32,458 bases of DNA, taken from an uncultured Desulfobacterales bacterium. GTDB lineage: Bacteria > Desulfobacterota > Desulfobaccia > Desulfobaccales > 0-14-0-80-60-11. The notes below the pieces were generated by a model. That model searched no databases and was not told where the DNA came from. It was given only the letters and a program-made list of their open reading frames with translations. A program made the position numbers and the translations under genes. Shown here in pieces: positions 25,232-32,458 of the stretch (within the stretch, counting starts at the first letter, position 1; every line of letters starts with the position of its first letter). The DNA is taken from positions 1-32,458 of the forward strand of contig CAZLRL010000001.1 of NCBI GenBank assembly GCA_964561645.1, given 5' to 3'.

Positions 25232-26164
25232 ATGTCTCACCTGTTCGGCCCGGTACCGTCCCGCCGCTTGGGACTTTCTTTGGGGGTGGACCTTGTCCCT
25301 CCCAAGACCTGTACGTTTGACTGCCTGTATTGCGAAGTCGGCCGGACCACCCATCTTACCAGACGGCGGCAACCTTATCGGGTCAAGGAAATCATCCGGG
25401 AATTGGCGGATTATCTGGCCGCTCCCGCCTCGGATTTGAACTATGTCACCATGGCCGGGTCCGGGGAGCCTACCCTGAACCTGGGGCTGGGGGAAATCAT
25501 CACCGCGGCTAAAAGGCTCACCGATACTCCGGTGGCGGTCCTGACCAACGGCTCCCTCTTCTATCTGCCCGAAGTGCGCGCCGCGGTGGCCGACGCGGAT
25601 GTCATCCTTCCTTCCCTGGATGCCGGGCGGGAGGAAACTTTTCGCCGCATCAATCGGCCCCATCCGGCCCTCACCCTGGACTTGGTGGTTTCGGGGCTCA
25701 AAGCCTTGCGGCGGGAATATGCCGGCCAGATCTGGCTCGAGATTATGGTGCTCAAGGATTTGAACGACGGGGAAGAGGAATTGACCGCGCTCAAGGGCCT
25801 GCTCCGGGAATTGACCCCGGATCGAGTGCAGTTGAACACGGCGGTGCGTCCTGTAGCCGATAAAGCCGCCCAACCGCTCACCCCGGAAGAAATGCAGGCT
25901 GTGGCCCGGTTTTTAGGGGAAAATATCGAGGTGACGGCCGCGTCCCGGCGTTCGGCGCCGGAACGCTTGGGTCTCAAGGATCGAGATCTGCTCGAGATGC
26001 TGGCCCGGCGCCCCATGACCGCCGGCGACCTGGCCCAGGCCCTGGGATTATCCCTGGTCCAGGTGCGGGAGCGGCTGGGGCGGCTGCTCAAATCAGGCCT
26101 GGTTTCCCGGCATATGCACCGGGAAGAGGATTTTTACCGCAGTCTCATAACCTCCACGCCGTAG
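25232..26164 (+). CDS. Radical SAM protein with a C-terminal winged-helix-like region
   Basis: MSHLFGPVPSRRLGLSLGVDLVPPKTCTFDCLYCEVG carries the CxxxCxxC cluster motif. GSGEPTL is a SAM-binding GGE-like motif. The C-terminus LLEMLARRPMTAGDLAQALGLSLVQVRERLGRLLKSGLV looks like a wHTH. Confidence 0.85.
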   Translation: MSHLFGPVPSRRLGLSLGVDLVPPKTCTFDCLYCEVGRTTHLTRRRQPYRVKEIIRELADYLAAPASDLNYVTMAGSGEPTLNLGLGEIITAAKRLTDTPVAVLTNGSLFYLPEVRAAVADADVILPSLDAGREETFRRINRPHPALTLDLVVSGLKALRREYAGQIWLEIMVLKDLNDGEEELTALKGLLRELTPDRVQLNTAVRPVADKAAQPLTPEEMQAVARFLGENIEVTAASRRSAPERLGLKDRDLLEMLARRPMTAGDLAQALGLSLVQVRERLGRLLKSGLVSRHMHREEDFYRSLITSTP

Positions 26165-26230
26165 GGATTCTAGCGCACAACCTATATCGTTACCAATATC
26201 GCCATACGCCAATATCGAGGAACAGCAGCC

Positions 26231-29200
26231 ATGCAGGGACAATTCGACGTGGGCCTGGATCTGGGCTCGGTGAGTGTTAAGCTGGTAGTCATGAATGAGC
26301 AAGGGGAGGTACTCCGGGATGAGTACCGCCGCCATTTCGGCGAGCCCTACCGGGTGGCCCTGGCCCTCCTGGAGGACCTGCCGCCCCAATATCCTCTGGA
26401 TCAGTGCCGCCTGGCCGCGCTCACCGGCATGGGTGGCAAGACACCGGGGGAAATCCTGGGTGGGTCCTTCATCAATGAAGTCATCGCCCTGGCCCGGGGC
26501 GTGTATCACTACCATCCCGAAACCCGGGCCATTATCGACATGGGGGGCGAAGACGCCAAGCTGATTATGGTGGATCAGGAAGAAGGGAACCTGGTCATCC
26601 GCGATTTCGCCATGAACACCATGTGCGCCGCGGGGACCGGTTCCTTCCTGGACCAGCAGGCCCACCGTTTGGGGTATTCCATCGAGGGTTTCAGCGAACT
26701 GGCCCTCAAATCCACCACCCCGCCCCGGATCGCCGGCCGCTGCAGTGTTTTCGCCAAAACGGACATGATCCACCTGCAGCAGGGGGCCACCCCGGATTAC
26801 GAGATTATTTACGGCCTCTGCCTGGCCATGGCCCGCAACCTCAAGAGCAACATCGCCAAGGGGAAGCAGGTGACCCCGCCCGTGGCCTTCGTGGGGGGTG
26901 TGGCCCACAATCTGGGCGTACGCCGGGCTTTTCGGGAGGTCCTGGATCTGGACGAAACCTCCCTCATCATTCCGCCTCATTTTTACGCCCTGGGAGCCGT
27001 GGGCGCGGTGCTGACCGCCCGGGAACATGTGCCCGAACATTTCACCCTCAACCTTGATCTCTTGCGGGCCCACCTGGCCCAGCAGACGGAGACCACCCGA
27101 AGGCTGGCTCCCCTGACCCAGCCGCCGGTTTTGGGCCCGGAGCACTACGCCATGGTGGACCTGCCCTCCGGGGGGGAAAGGACGGAGGGCTATCTCGGCG
27201 TCGACGTGGGTTCCATCAGCACCAATGTGGTGGTGATCGATAAAGATATGCAGGTCCTGGCCCGGGAGTATCTCATGACCGCGGGGCGGCCCCTGGAGGC
27301 CATCACCGAGGGTTTGCGCCGGGCGGGGAACAAGCTGGCCGGACGGGTGAAAATCATGGGTGCGGCCACCACCGGTTCCGGGCGCTATCTCACCGGCGAC
27401 TTTATCGGGGCCGACCTGGTCCGCAATGAAATTACCGCCCAGGCCACCGCGGCCGCAGCCATCGACCCTTCGGTGGACACCATTTTTGAGATCGGCGGCC
27501 AGGACTCCAAGTTCATCAGCCTGAAAAACGGCGCCATTGTTGATTTTATGATGAACAAGGTGTGCGCCGCGGGAACCGGATCTTATCTCGAGGAACAGGC
27601 CGAAAAGCTGGGCATTTCCATCAAAGAGGAATTCGGCCGCTTGGCCCTGGCCGCCAAAAATCCGGTGCGCATGGGCGAGCGCTGCACCGTGTTCATGGAG
27701 TCCGACCTGGTGCACCATCAGCAGGGCGGGGCCCTCAAAGAAGACCTGGTGGCCGGTCTGTCTTACTCCATCGTGCACAATTACTTGAACAAAGTGGCGG
27801 AAGACCGCCCCATCGGCAACAATATTTTTTACCAGGGCGCCACCGCGGCCAACCGGGGCATTGTGGCCGGGTTTGAAAAGGTGCTCGGGAAAAAAATCAC
27901 CGTGCCGCCCCATCACGACGTCACCGGGGCCATCGGTGCGGCGCTTTTGGCTTTGCGGGAGCGCACCTGGGAGGAATCCGCGTTCAAGGGTTTTGACCTG
28001 GCGGACCGGGAATATCAGATCACTTCCTTCGAATGCCAGGGCTGTGCCAATACCTGTGAGATTCGGCGGGTGGAGATTGCCGGCGAAAAGGCCTTGTTTT
28101 ACGGCAGCCGCTGCGAGAAATACGAAGTGGGCCGGACCGCGGCGCCGGTGGATTTGCCCGACCTCCTCAAGGAGCGGGAGGATTGGCTGTACGGGCCCGA
28201 ACCCGAAGAGGTGCCCGAGGGCAAACGGGGTACCATCGGCATTCCCCGCACCATGTTCTTCCAGGAACTCATGCCCTTCTTCCGCACCTTTTTCGAGGAA
28301 CTGGGCTTTTCGGTGGTCCTGTCCAAGAAGACCAACAAGCGGGTAATCCACCAGGGGGTGGAAAGCCTGGCCGCGGAGCCCTGTTTCCCCATCAAGGTGG
28401 CCCACGGCCACATCCTGGATTTACTGCAAGCCGGGGTCAAGCGCATCTTTCTCCCCAGCATCATCGATATGCCCCATCCTCACCCCGAAATCGAGCGGGG
28501 CGTGGTCTGCCCCCTGGCCCAAACCCTGACCTATATGGTGCCCTCGGCCATCGATGTCAGCCGCTACGGGGCCCGGATGATCACGGGCGTCCTCTATTTC
28601 GGTCGCGGTTCCAAAGTCTTGCGCCGCAATTTACGGGCCCTGGCCGAGCCACTGGGGGTTTCCCCCTTCCAGGTCGGGCGGGCGGCCCGCAAAGCCGAAG
28701 CAGCTCAAAAAGCTTTTTATCAGCGTCTGGCGGACCGGGGGCGGGAAATCCTGGCTTCGCTGGGACCTGATGAGCGCCTCATGGTGCTGGTGGGACGGCC
28801 TTACAACGCCTTCGACCCGGGTATGAACCTGAACCTCCACCGCAAGCTCAGACAACTGGGTGTCCTGGCCATACCCATGGACTTTTTGCCCGTGGACCAG
28901 GCGGAGGAGCTGTCCGAAATCAAGCCCATGTACTGGCGCTTCGGTCAAAAAATCCTGGGCGCGGCAGAACTCATCCGTCGGGACCCTCGCCTGTTCGGGG
29001 TGTACATCACCAATTTCGGCTGCGGACCGGACTCTTTTATCCAGCACTTTTTCAAAGAAAAAATGGCGGGCAAGCCCTTCCTGGAAATTGAAATCGACGA
29101 ACATTCCGCGGACGTCGGCGCCATCACCCGCCTGGAAGCCTTCCTGGACAGCCTGAAAAACGTTACCGTTCCTGAAGTTCCGGCCAAGCCCCCGGCCCAC

Positions 29201-30418
29201 CATGTACGGGTCAAGGTCGCAGGCAAGCGCAAGATCTTCCTGCCTCCCATGACGGACCATGCCCTGGCCCTGGTGGGCGCGTTCGAGGCCTGCGGCGCCG
29301 AAGCTGCGTCCCTGCCCGAGTCGGACGAGGAAACTTTGGAACTGGGCCGCCGCCTCACCTCCGGGAAGGAATGCTACCCCCTCATCCTGACCACCGGGGA
29401 TCTGGCCAAAATGGTGCGGCGACCTGACTTCGACCCGGAAAAGAGCGCCTTTTTCATGCCCTCCGGCGACGGGCCCTGCCGCTTCGGCCAGTATCACCGC
29501 TACCATCGCCTGGTCCTGGATGAATTGGGTTATCCGGGGGTGCCGGTCTTCGCGCCGGACCAGAGCTCGACCATGTATGAAGAGATCGGCATGGTGGGCG
29601 AGGACTTCGACCGCATCGCCTGGCGGGGCGTGGTGGCCATCGACCTGCTGGAGAAAAAGCTCCTGGAAACCCGTCCTTACGAGCGCCAGACGGGCAGCGC
29701 CGACGAAGTCTATCAGCATTTTCTTCATAAAGTTCACGCCACCCTGCGGGAGCGGGGCGACCTGGACCGGACCCTCCAGGAAGCCCGTAAAACCTTCGAA
29801 GGCGTGGCTTTGAACGGCCGCGATGAAAAGCCCATCGTCGGGGTGGTGGGCGAAATTTACGTGCGTTCCAACCGGTTTTCCAATGAAAACACGGTGCGGC
29901 AAATCGAGGCCCTGGGCGGCCAGGCCTGGCTGCCTCCCATTTCGGAGTGGCTGCTGTATGTCAACTTCACCTCCAAGCGCCACGCCCGGATGCTCCGCCG
30001 CTACCGCGCCCTTTTGCAGATCCTGATCAAGGAATGGGTGCAAAAAAAGGACGAACACCACCTGGTGGATCTCTTCGAAGGCTGCATCCAAAATCTCCAT
30101 GAACCTGCGATTCCGGAAACTCTGGCCCTGGCTCAGGGTTATCTCCACGACTCCTTCGAAGGGGAAGCCATTTTGAGCATCGGCAAGTCCCGGGATTTTG
30201 TGCAAAAGGGCGTTTCCGGACTGGTGAACATCATGCCCTTCACCTGCATGCCGGGTACGGTGGTGAATTCCCTGTTCAACCGTTTTCGGGAGAAACACGA
30301 CAATATTCCCTTCCTGGCCCTGGCTTATGACGGCCAGGAGCAGACCCACACCATGACCCGCCTGGAAGCCTTCATGTACCAGGTGCGCCAGTTCGACAAA
30401 CGGCGCCGGGAAGATTAG
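26231..30418 (+). CDS. Fusion protein: two BcrAD/BadFG (HgdC-type) activase ATPase modules plus a 2-hydroxyacyl-CoA-dehydratase-like / DUF2229-like C-terminal region (1395 aa)
   Basis: Module 1 has DLGSVSVKLVVM, MCAAGTGSFLDQQA and GRCSVFAKTD. Module 2 has VDVGSISTNVVVID, KVCAAGTGSYLEEQA and ERCTVFMESD. The Cys-containing C-terminal ~800 aa includes FECQGCANTCEI, ITNFGCGPDS and MPFTCMPG. This resembles the acyl-CoA dehydratase activase-related fusion proteins. Confidence 0.85.
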   Translation: MQGQFDVGLDLGSVSVKLVVMNEQGEVLRDEYRRHFGEPYRVALALLEDLPPQYPLDQCRLAALTGMGGKTPGEILGGSFINEVIALARGVYHYHPETRAIIDMGGEDAKLIMVDQEEGNLVIRDFAMNTMCAAGTGSFLDQQAHRLGYSIEGFSELALKSTTPPRIAGRCSVFAKTDMIHLQQGATPDYEIIYGLCLAMARNLKSNIAKGKQVTPPVAFVGGVAHNLGVRRAFREVLDLDETSLIIPPHFYALGAVGAVLTAREHVPEHFTLNLDLLRAHLAQQTETTRRLAPLTQPPVLGPEHYAMVDLPSGGERTEGYLGVDVGSISTNVVVIDKDMQVLAREYLMTAGRPLEAITEGLRRAGNKLAGRVKIMGAATTGSGRYLTGDFIGADLVRNEITAQATAAAAIDPSVDTIFEIGGQDSKFISLKNGAIVDFMMNKVCAAGTGSYLEEQAEKLGISIKEEFGRLALAAKNPVRMGERCTVFMESDLVHHQQGGALKEDLVAGLSYSIVHNYLNKVAEDRPIGNNIFYQGATAANRGIVAGFEKVLGKKITVPPHHDVTGAIGAALLALRERTWEESAFKGFDLADREYQITSFECQGCANTCEIRRVEIAGEKALFYGSRCEKYEVGRTAAPVDLPDLLKEREDWLYGPEPEEVPEGKRGTIGIPRTMFFQELMPFFRTFFEELGFSVVLSKKTNKRVIHQGVESLAAEPCFPIKVAHGHILDLLQAGVKRIFLPSIIDMPHPHPEIERGVVCPLAQTLTYMVPSAIDVSRYGARMITGVLYFGRGSKVLRRNLRALAEPLGVSPFQVGRAARKAEAAQKAFYQRLADRGREILASLGPDERLMVLVGRPYNAFDPGMNLNLHRKLRQLGVLAIPMDFLPVDQAEELSEIKPMYWRFGQKILGAAELIRRDPRLFGVYITNFGCGPDSFIQHFFKEKMAGKPFLEIEIDEHSADVGAITRLEAFLDSLKNVTVPEVPAKPPAHHVRVKVAGKRKIFLPPMTDHALALVGAFEACGAEAASLPESDEETLELGRRLTSGKECYPLILTTGDLAKMVRRPDFDPEKSAFFMPSGDGPCRFGQYHRYHRLVLDELGYPGVPVFAPDQSSTMYEEIGMVGEDFDRIAWRGVVAIDLLEKKLLETRPYERQTGSADEVYQHFLHKVHATLRERGDLDRTLQEARKTFEGVALNGRDEKPIVGVVGEIYVRSNRFSNENTVRQIEALGGQAWLPPISEWLLYVNFTSKRHARMLRRYRALLQILIKEWVQKKDEHHLVDLFEGCIQNLHEPAIPETLALAQGYLHDSFEGEAILSIGKSRDFVQKGVSGLVNIMPFTCMPGTVVNSLFNRFREKHDNIPFLALAYDGQEQTHTMTRLEAFMYQVRQFDKRRRED

Positions 30419-30485
30419 GGAATTTATCAAGCCGTTGTCGGCGCCGCCTGCCTGCTGTGCTGCCCTCGGCGGCCAAGGAGCAGCC

Positions 30486-31223
30486 ATGCCACTTTGTCCT
30501 CAGTGCGGCCAGGAAGTCGAACCTGGCCGTGAATTTTGTCAAGCCTGCGGTCACAGCCTGACCACCTCCGAGGAAGCAGCCCCTCCACCGGCGGTACCCG
30601 AGCCGCTGCCCATCGGCGCAATCAAAATCGGCGATTATTTTAAAGCGGGCTGGGAATTATTTAAAAAATATCCGGCCGGTTTTATCGGCTATTTCATCTT
30701 AATCGTAGTAATTTCCTATATCCTCCGGTCGATACCGGTGATCGGCTGGTTAGCCGGTTTGGCCCTGGTCACTCCCCTGAATGCCGGCTTTTTTGTGGTC
30801 AACGCCAAATTATTGCGGCACCAGACGCCGCAATTTGCCGATTTTTTCAGCGGCCTGAAATTTTATTTCCTGCCGCTGGCCTTGTTTGGCATCGTGAGCA
30901 GTCTCCTTATCACCTTAGGCCTGGTTTTGCTTATTGTTCCGGGCATTTATTTGATAGTAAGTTATATCTTTGCCCTCATGTTCATCGTGGACCGGGGACT
31001 GGACTTCTGGCCGGCCATGGAAACCAGCCGGCGCTCGGTGCAGCCCCACTGGTTTAAGTTCTTTGTCTTGCTTTTGCTGGTGTTCCTGCTTAACCTGGCG
31101 GGGGCCCTGCTGCTGGGAGTGGGGCTTTTGGTTACCGTGCCGCTTACCCACTGCATCTTCGCTGCCGCGTACGACGATATTTTCGGCCTTAAATCCGCGC
31201 ACAACCTTTCCATGCGGGCTTAA
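30486..31223 (+). CDS. Zinc-ribbon domain membrane protein (DUF975-like multi-pass)
   Basis: The ATG at 30486 lies 5 nt after AAGGAG. MPLCPQCGQEVEPGREFCQACGH is a zinc ribbon, followed by a Pro-rich linker and 4-5 hydrophobic helices. Confidence 0.7.
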   Translation: MPLCPQCGQEVEPGREFCQACGHSLTTSEEAAPPPAVPEPLPIGAIKIGDYFKAGWELFKKYPAGFIGYFILIVVISYILRSIPVIGWLAGLALVTPLNAGFFVVNAKLLRHQTPQFADFFSGLKFYFLPLALFGIVSSLLITLGLVLLIVPGIYLIVSYIFALMFIVDRGLDFWPAMETSRRSVQPHWFKFFVLLLLVFLLNLAGALLLGVGLLVTVPLTHCIFAAAYDDIFGLKSAHNLSMRA

Positions 31224-31381
31224 CCGGTGAAGGCCGGCGCCCAGACCCCGGTCTTCCCCGGAAAGAACCCTGCCCCGCAATCTGGTTCTCTCTTTAGTCG
31301 GTCCCCCCTTTGACTCTGCGGGTCATTCCAATACCGCCGCTCATGGCCGCGGCTCTCTTAAAATCTGGAGAAGGCCAGGTG

Positions 31382-31403
31382 GCACAGGCGTCCTCGCCTG
31401 TGC
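31382..31403. repeat. REP-like hairpin
   Basis: gcacaggcg-tcct-cgcctgtgc has a 9-bp stem. It belongs to the same stem family as the hairpins at 1282, 23464 and 23682. Confidence 0.7.
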
Positions 31404-31447
31404 ATGGTCGGGAATGGAGCTGCCCACCGACTGAAAGGAAGTTGCCC

Positions 31448-31569
31448 CTGATACCAAGTTGCCGTCAGCCAAGTAATTTTACTGTAGGGGCACGGCTTGC
31501 CGTGCCCAAGGCGCAGGCTGAAGCCTGCGGCTACATTTTGTTACCTATATGACAGCAACTTGGTATGAG
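31448..31569 (+). mobile_element. MITE-like 122-bp element, copy B
   Basis: 117/122 identity to the reverse complement of 1565-1686. Terminal inverted repeats are ctgataccaagttgccgtcag and tgacagcaacttggtatgag. Internal hairpins are gggcacggc/gccgtgccc and gcaggc-tgaa-gcctgc. Confidence 0.85.
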
Positions 31570-31628
31570 CCCTTAATGGTGCGCGGTGCGCACCCTAGGC
31601 CGTTCGCAATTCCTGGTGGGGCGTCCCC

Positions 31629-31665
31629 CACCTGAACTTTGAACATTGCACCTTGAACTTTGAAC
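31629..31665 (+). repeat. Tandem direct repeat upstream of priA
   Basis: cacc-tgaactttgaac (31629-31644) and cacct-tgaactttgaac (31649-31665). It is preceded by two short hairpins, ggtgcgc-ggt-gcgcacc and ggtgggg-cgtc-ccccacc. Confidence 0.6.
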
Positions 31666-31718
31666 TGGCCCCAAGGCATAATGGCCTGGTGACCAGGCAA
31701 AAAAACTACAGGGTGGGC

Positions 31719-32458
31719 ATGCATAAAGCAGAAAAAGGCGCGGGTCTAGGAGGGAATTTCCCTGACCTGTGGGAGGTGGCGGTGGCCCTGCCGCTCTTTC
31801 AGACTCTCACTTATCGGCTTCCCCCCGCCCTGCAACCCGAGGCCCAGGTGGGTTGCCTGGTGCAAGTGCCGGTGGGCCGGCGGCAGGTGAAGGGCTACCT
31901 TTTGGGACCGGCCCGGGAGGTCCCCGAAGCCACCCTCCGGGAAGTCCTGGCCGTGTCCGACCCCCTGCCCCGCTTCGGGCCGGAGCTCGTACCCCTGTGG
32001 CGCTGGGTGGCGGATTATTACCAATACCCTATCGGTGAGGCTTTAAGCCACCTGATTCCGGGCAGTTCCCGGCCCTCCGGGCCCAAGCGGGAGCGCTGGG
32101 TGACCTTCGTGCCCCAGGGAACGGACGCGTCGCCCCCCAGACGGCTGGGACCCAGGGGCCGGGAAATTTTGCAGTATCTGCGGGAAGCCGGGGAATCGGT
32201 GGCCGTCCGGGAACTCCGCCGGGTCTTTCCCACCTGTGGGCCCGTGCTCAAACGCCTGTCGGAGCAGGGACTGGTTTCCTTTGAAGAACGCCTGACCTTT
32301 GCCGATCCCCTCAAGGATCAACCCCCCATCCTGATGGAGCCTCAGCTCACCCTGGTCCCGGAGCAGCAAGACGCGGTGCAGGCGCTGACCCATGGCATCA
32401 GGCGAGCGGAATTTGCCCCCTCCCTGCTCCACGGGGTGACGGCCAGCGGCAAGACCGA
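31719..32458 (+). CDS. priA: Primosomal protein N' (replication restart helicase PriA), N-terminal part (continues beyond the window end)
   Basis: The frame is open from the ATG at 31719 to the window end, so it is absent from the ORF track. My translation: MHKAEKGAGLGGNFPDLWEVAVALPLFQTLTYRLPPALQPEAQVGCLVQVPVGRRQVKGYLLG...LWRWVADYYQYPIGEAL...LVPEQQDAVQAL...LLHGVTASGKT. It contains the typical PriA N-terminus and the start of the Walker A motif. Confidence 0.85.
   Translation, partial: MHKAEKGAGLGGNFPDLWEVAVALPLFQTLTYRLPPALQPEAQVGCLVQVPVGRRQVKGYLLGPAREVPEATLREVLAVSDPLPRFGPELVPLWRWVADYYQYPIGEALSHLIPGSSRPSGPKRERWVTFVPQGTDASPPRRLGPRGREILQYLREAGESVAVRELRRVFPTCGPVLKRLSEQGLVSFEERLTFADPLKDQPPILMEPQLTLVPEQQDAVQALTHGIRRAEFAPSLLHGVTASGKT

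Noticed and set aside
25227-25232. Possible UGA readthrough or Sec at the end of the small Cys ORF (…LGCF-TGA)
   Set aside because: The in-frame continuation (VCLTCSARYRPAAWDF...) is non-protein-like and out of frame with the radical SAM gene, so this is an ordinary stop.
26093-30487. 772-aa (26093-28411) and 618-aa (28631-30487) minus-strand ORFs
   Set aside because: They are antisense shadows of the 1395-aa activase-dehydratase gene. Their composition is biased (G/H/P/R/A-rich) and they have no motifs.
1565-31569. Reading the two inverted MITE copies as ends of a ~30-kb composite transposon or genomic island
   Set aside because: The interior holds core flagellar and energy-metabolism genes with uniform composition. 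There is no transposase, integrase or tRNA attachment site. Recombination-mediated inversion remains possible and is reported separately.

Overview
High-GC bacterial chromosomal window. Gene content suggests an anaerobic, flagellated, Desulfobacterota-like organism (inference). The ORF track omits two genes cut by the window edges. These are the 5' part of mfd (1-1145, minus) and the 5' part of priA (31719-32458, plus). Between them:
(1) A ~0.9 kb repeat-rich spacer ends in a perfect sigma-54 promoter.
(2) A late-flagellar operon follows: flgF-flgG-flgA-flgH-flgI-(flgJ-like)-flgN-flgK-flgL-csrA-fliW (2072-11422, plus).
(3) A convergent minus-strand redox operon encodes a tandem-module HdrA, MvhD and a 2x[4Fe-4S] protein (11597-15981). 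HdrA is split in the ORF track by an in-frame TGA that I read as selenocysteine.
(4) Envelope genes follow: a small secreted protein, two lipoproteins and an SPFH/prohibitin protein.
(5) Next come a ParB/Srx-fold protein, a small hypothetical ORF and an EndoIII-related HhH-GPD protein.
(6) A cluster of reductive-activation genes follows: a RACo-like 2Fe-2S/ASKHA protein, an Isf-type iron-sulfur flavoprotein with a divergent TetR regulator, a small Cys-containing ORF coupled to a radical SAM gene, and a 1395-aa fusion of two HgdC/BcrAD-type activase modules to a dehydratase-like C-terminal region.
(7) The last complete gene is a zinc-ribbon membrane protein.
Intergenic DNA carries a family of GC-rich REP-like hairpins. 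It also carries two 96%-identical copies of a 122-bp MITE-like element, in inverted orientation, bracketing almost the whole window. There are no rRNA or tRNA genes, CRISPR arrays or transposase genes. Most noteworthy are the Sec-recoded tandem HdrA, the non-canonical FlgJ (M15/VanY-type peptidase fused N-terminally to a rod-binding domain), the MITE/REP repeat system, and the uncharacterised activase-dehydratase fusion with its radical SAM and small-ORF neighbours. All homology calls come from motif recognition by eye, not from database searches.
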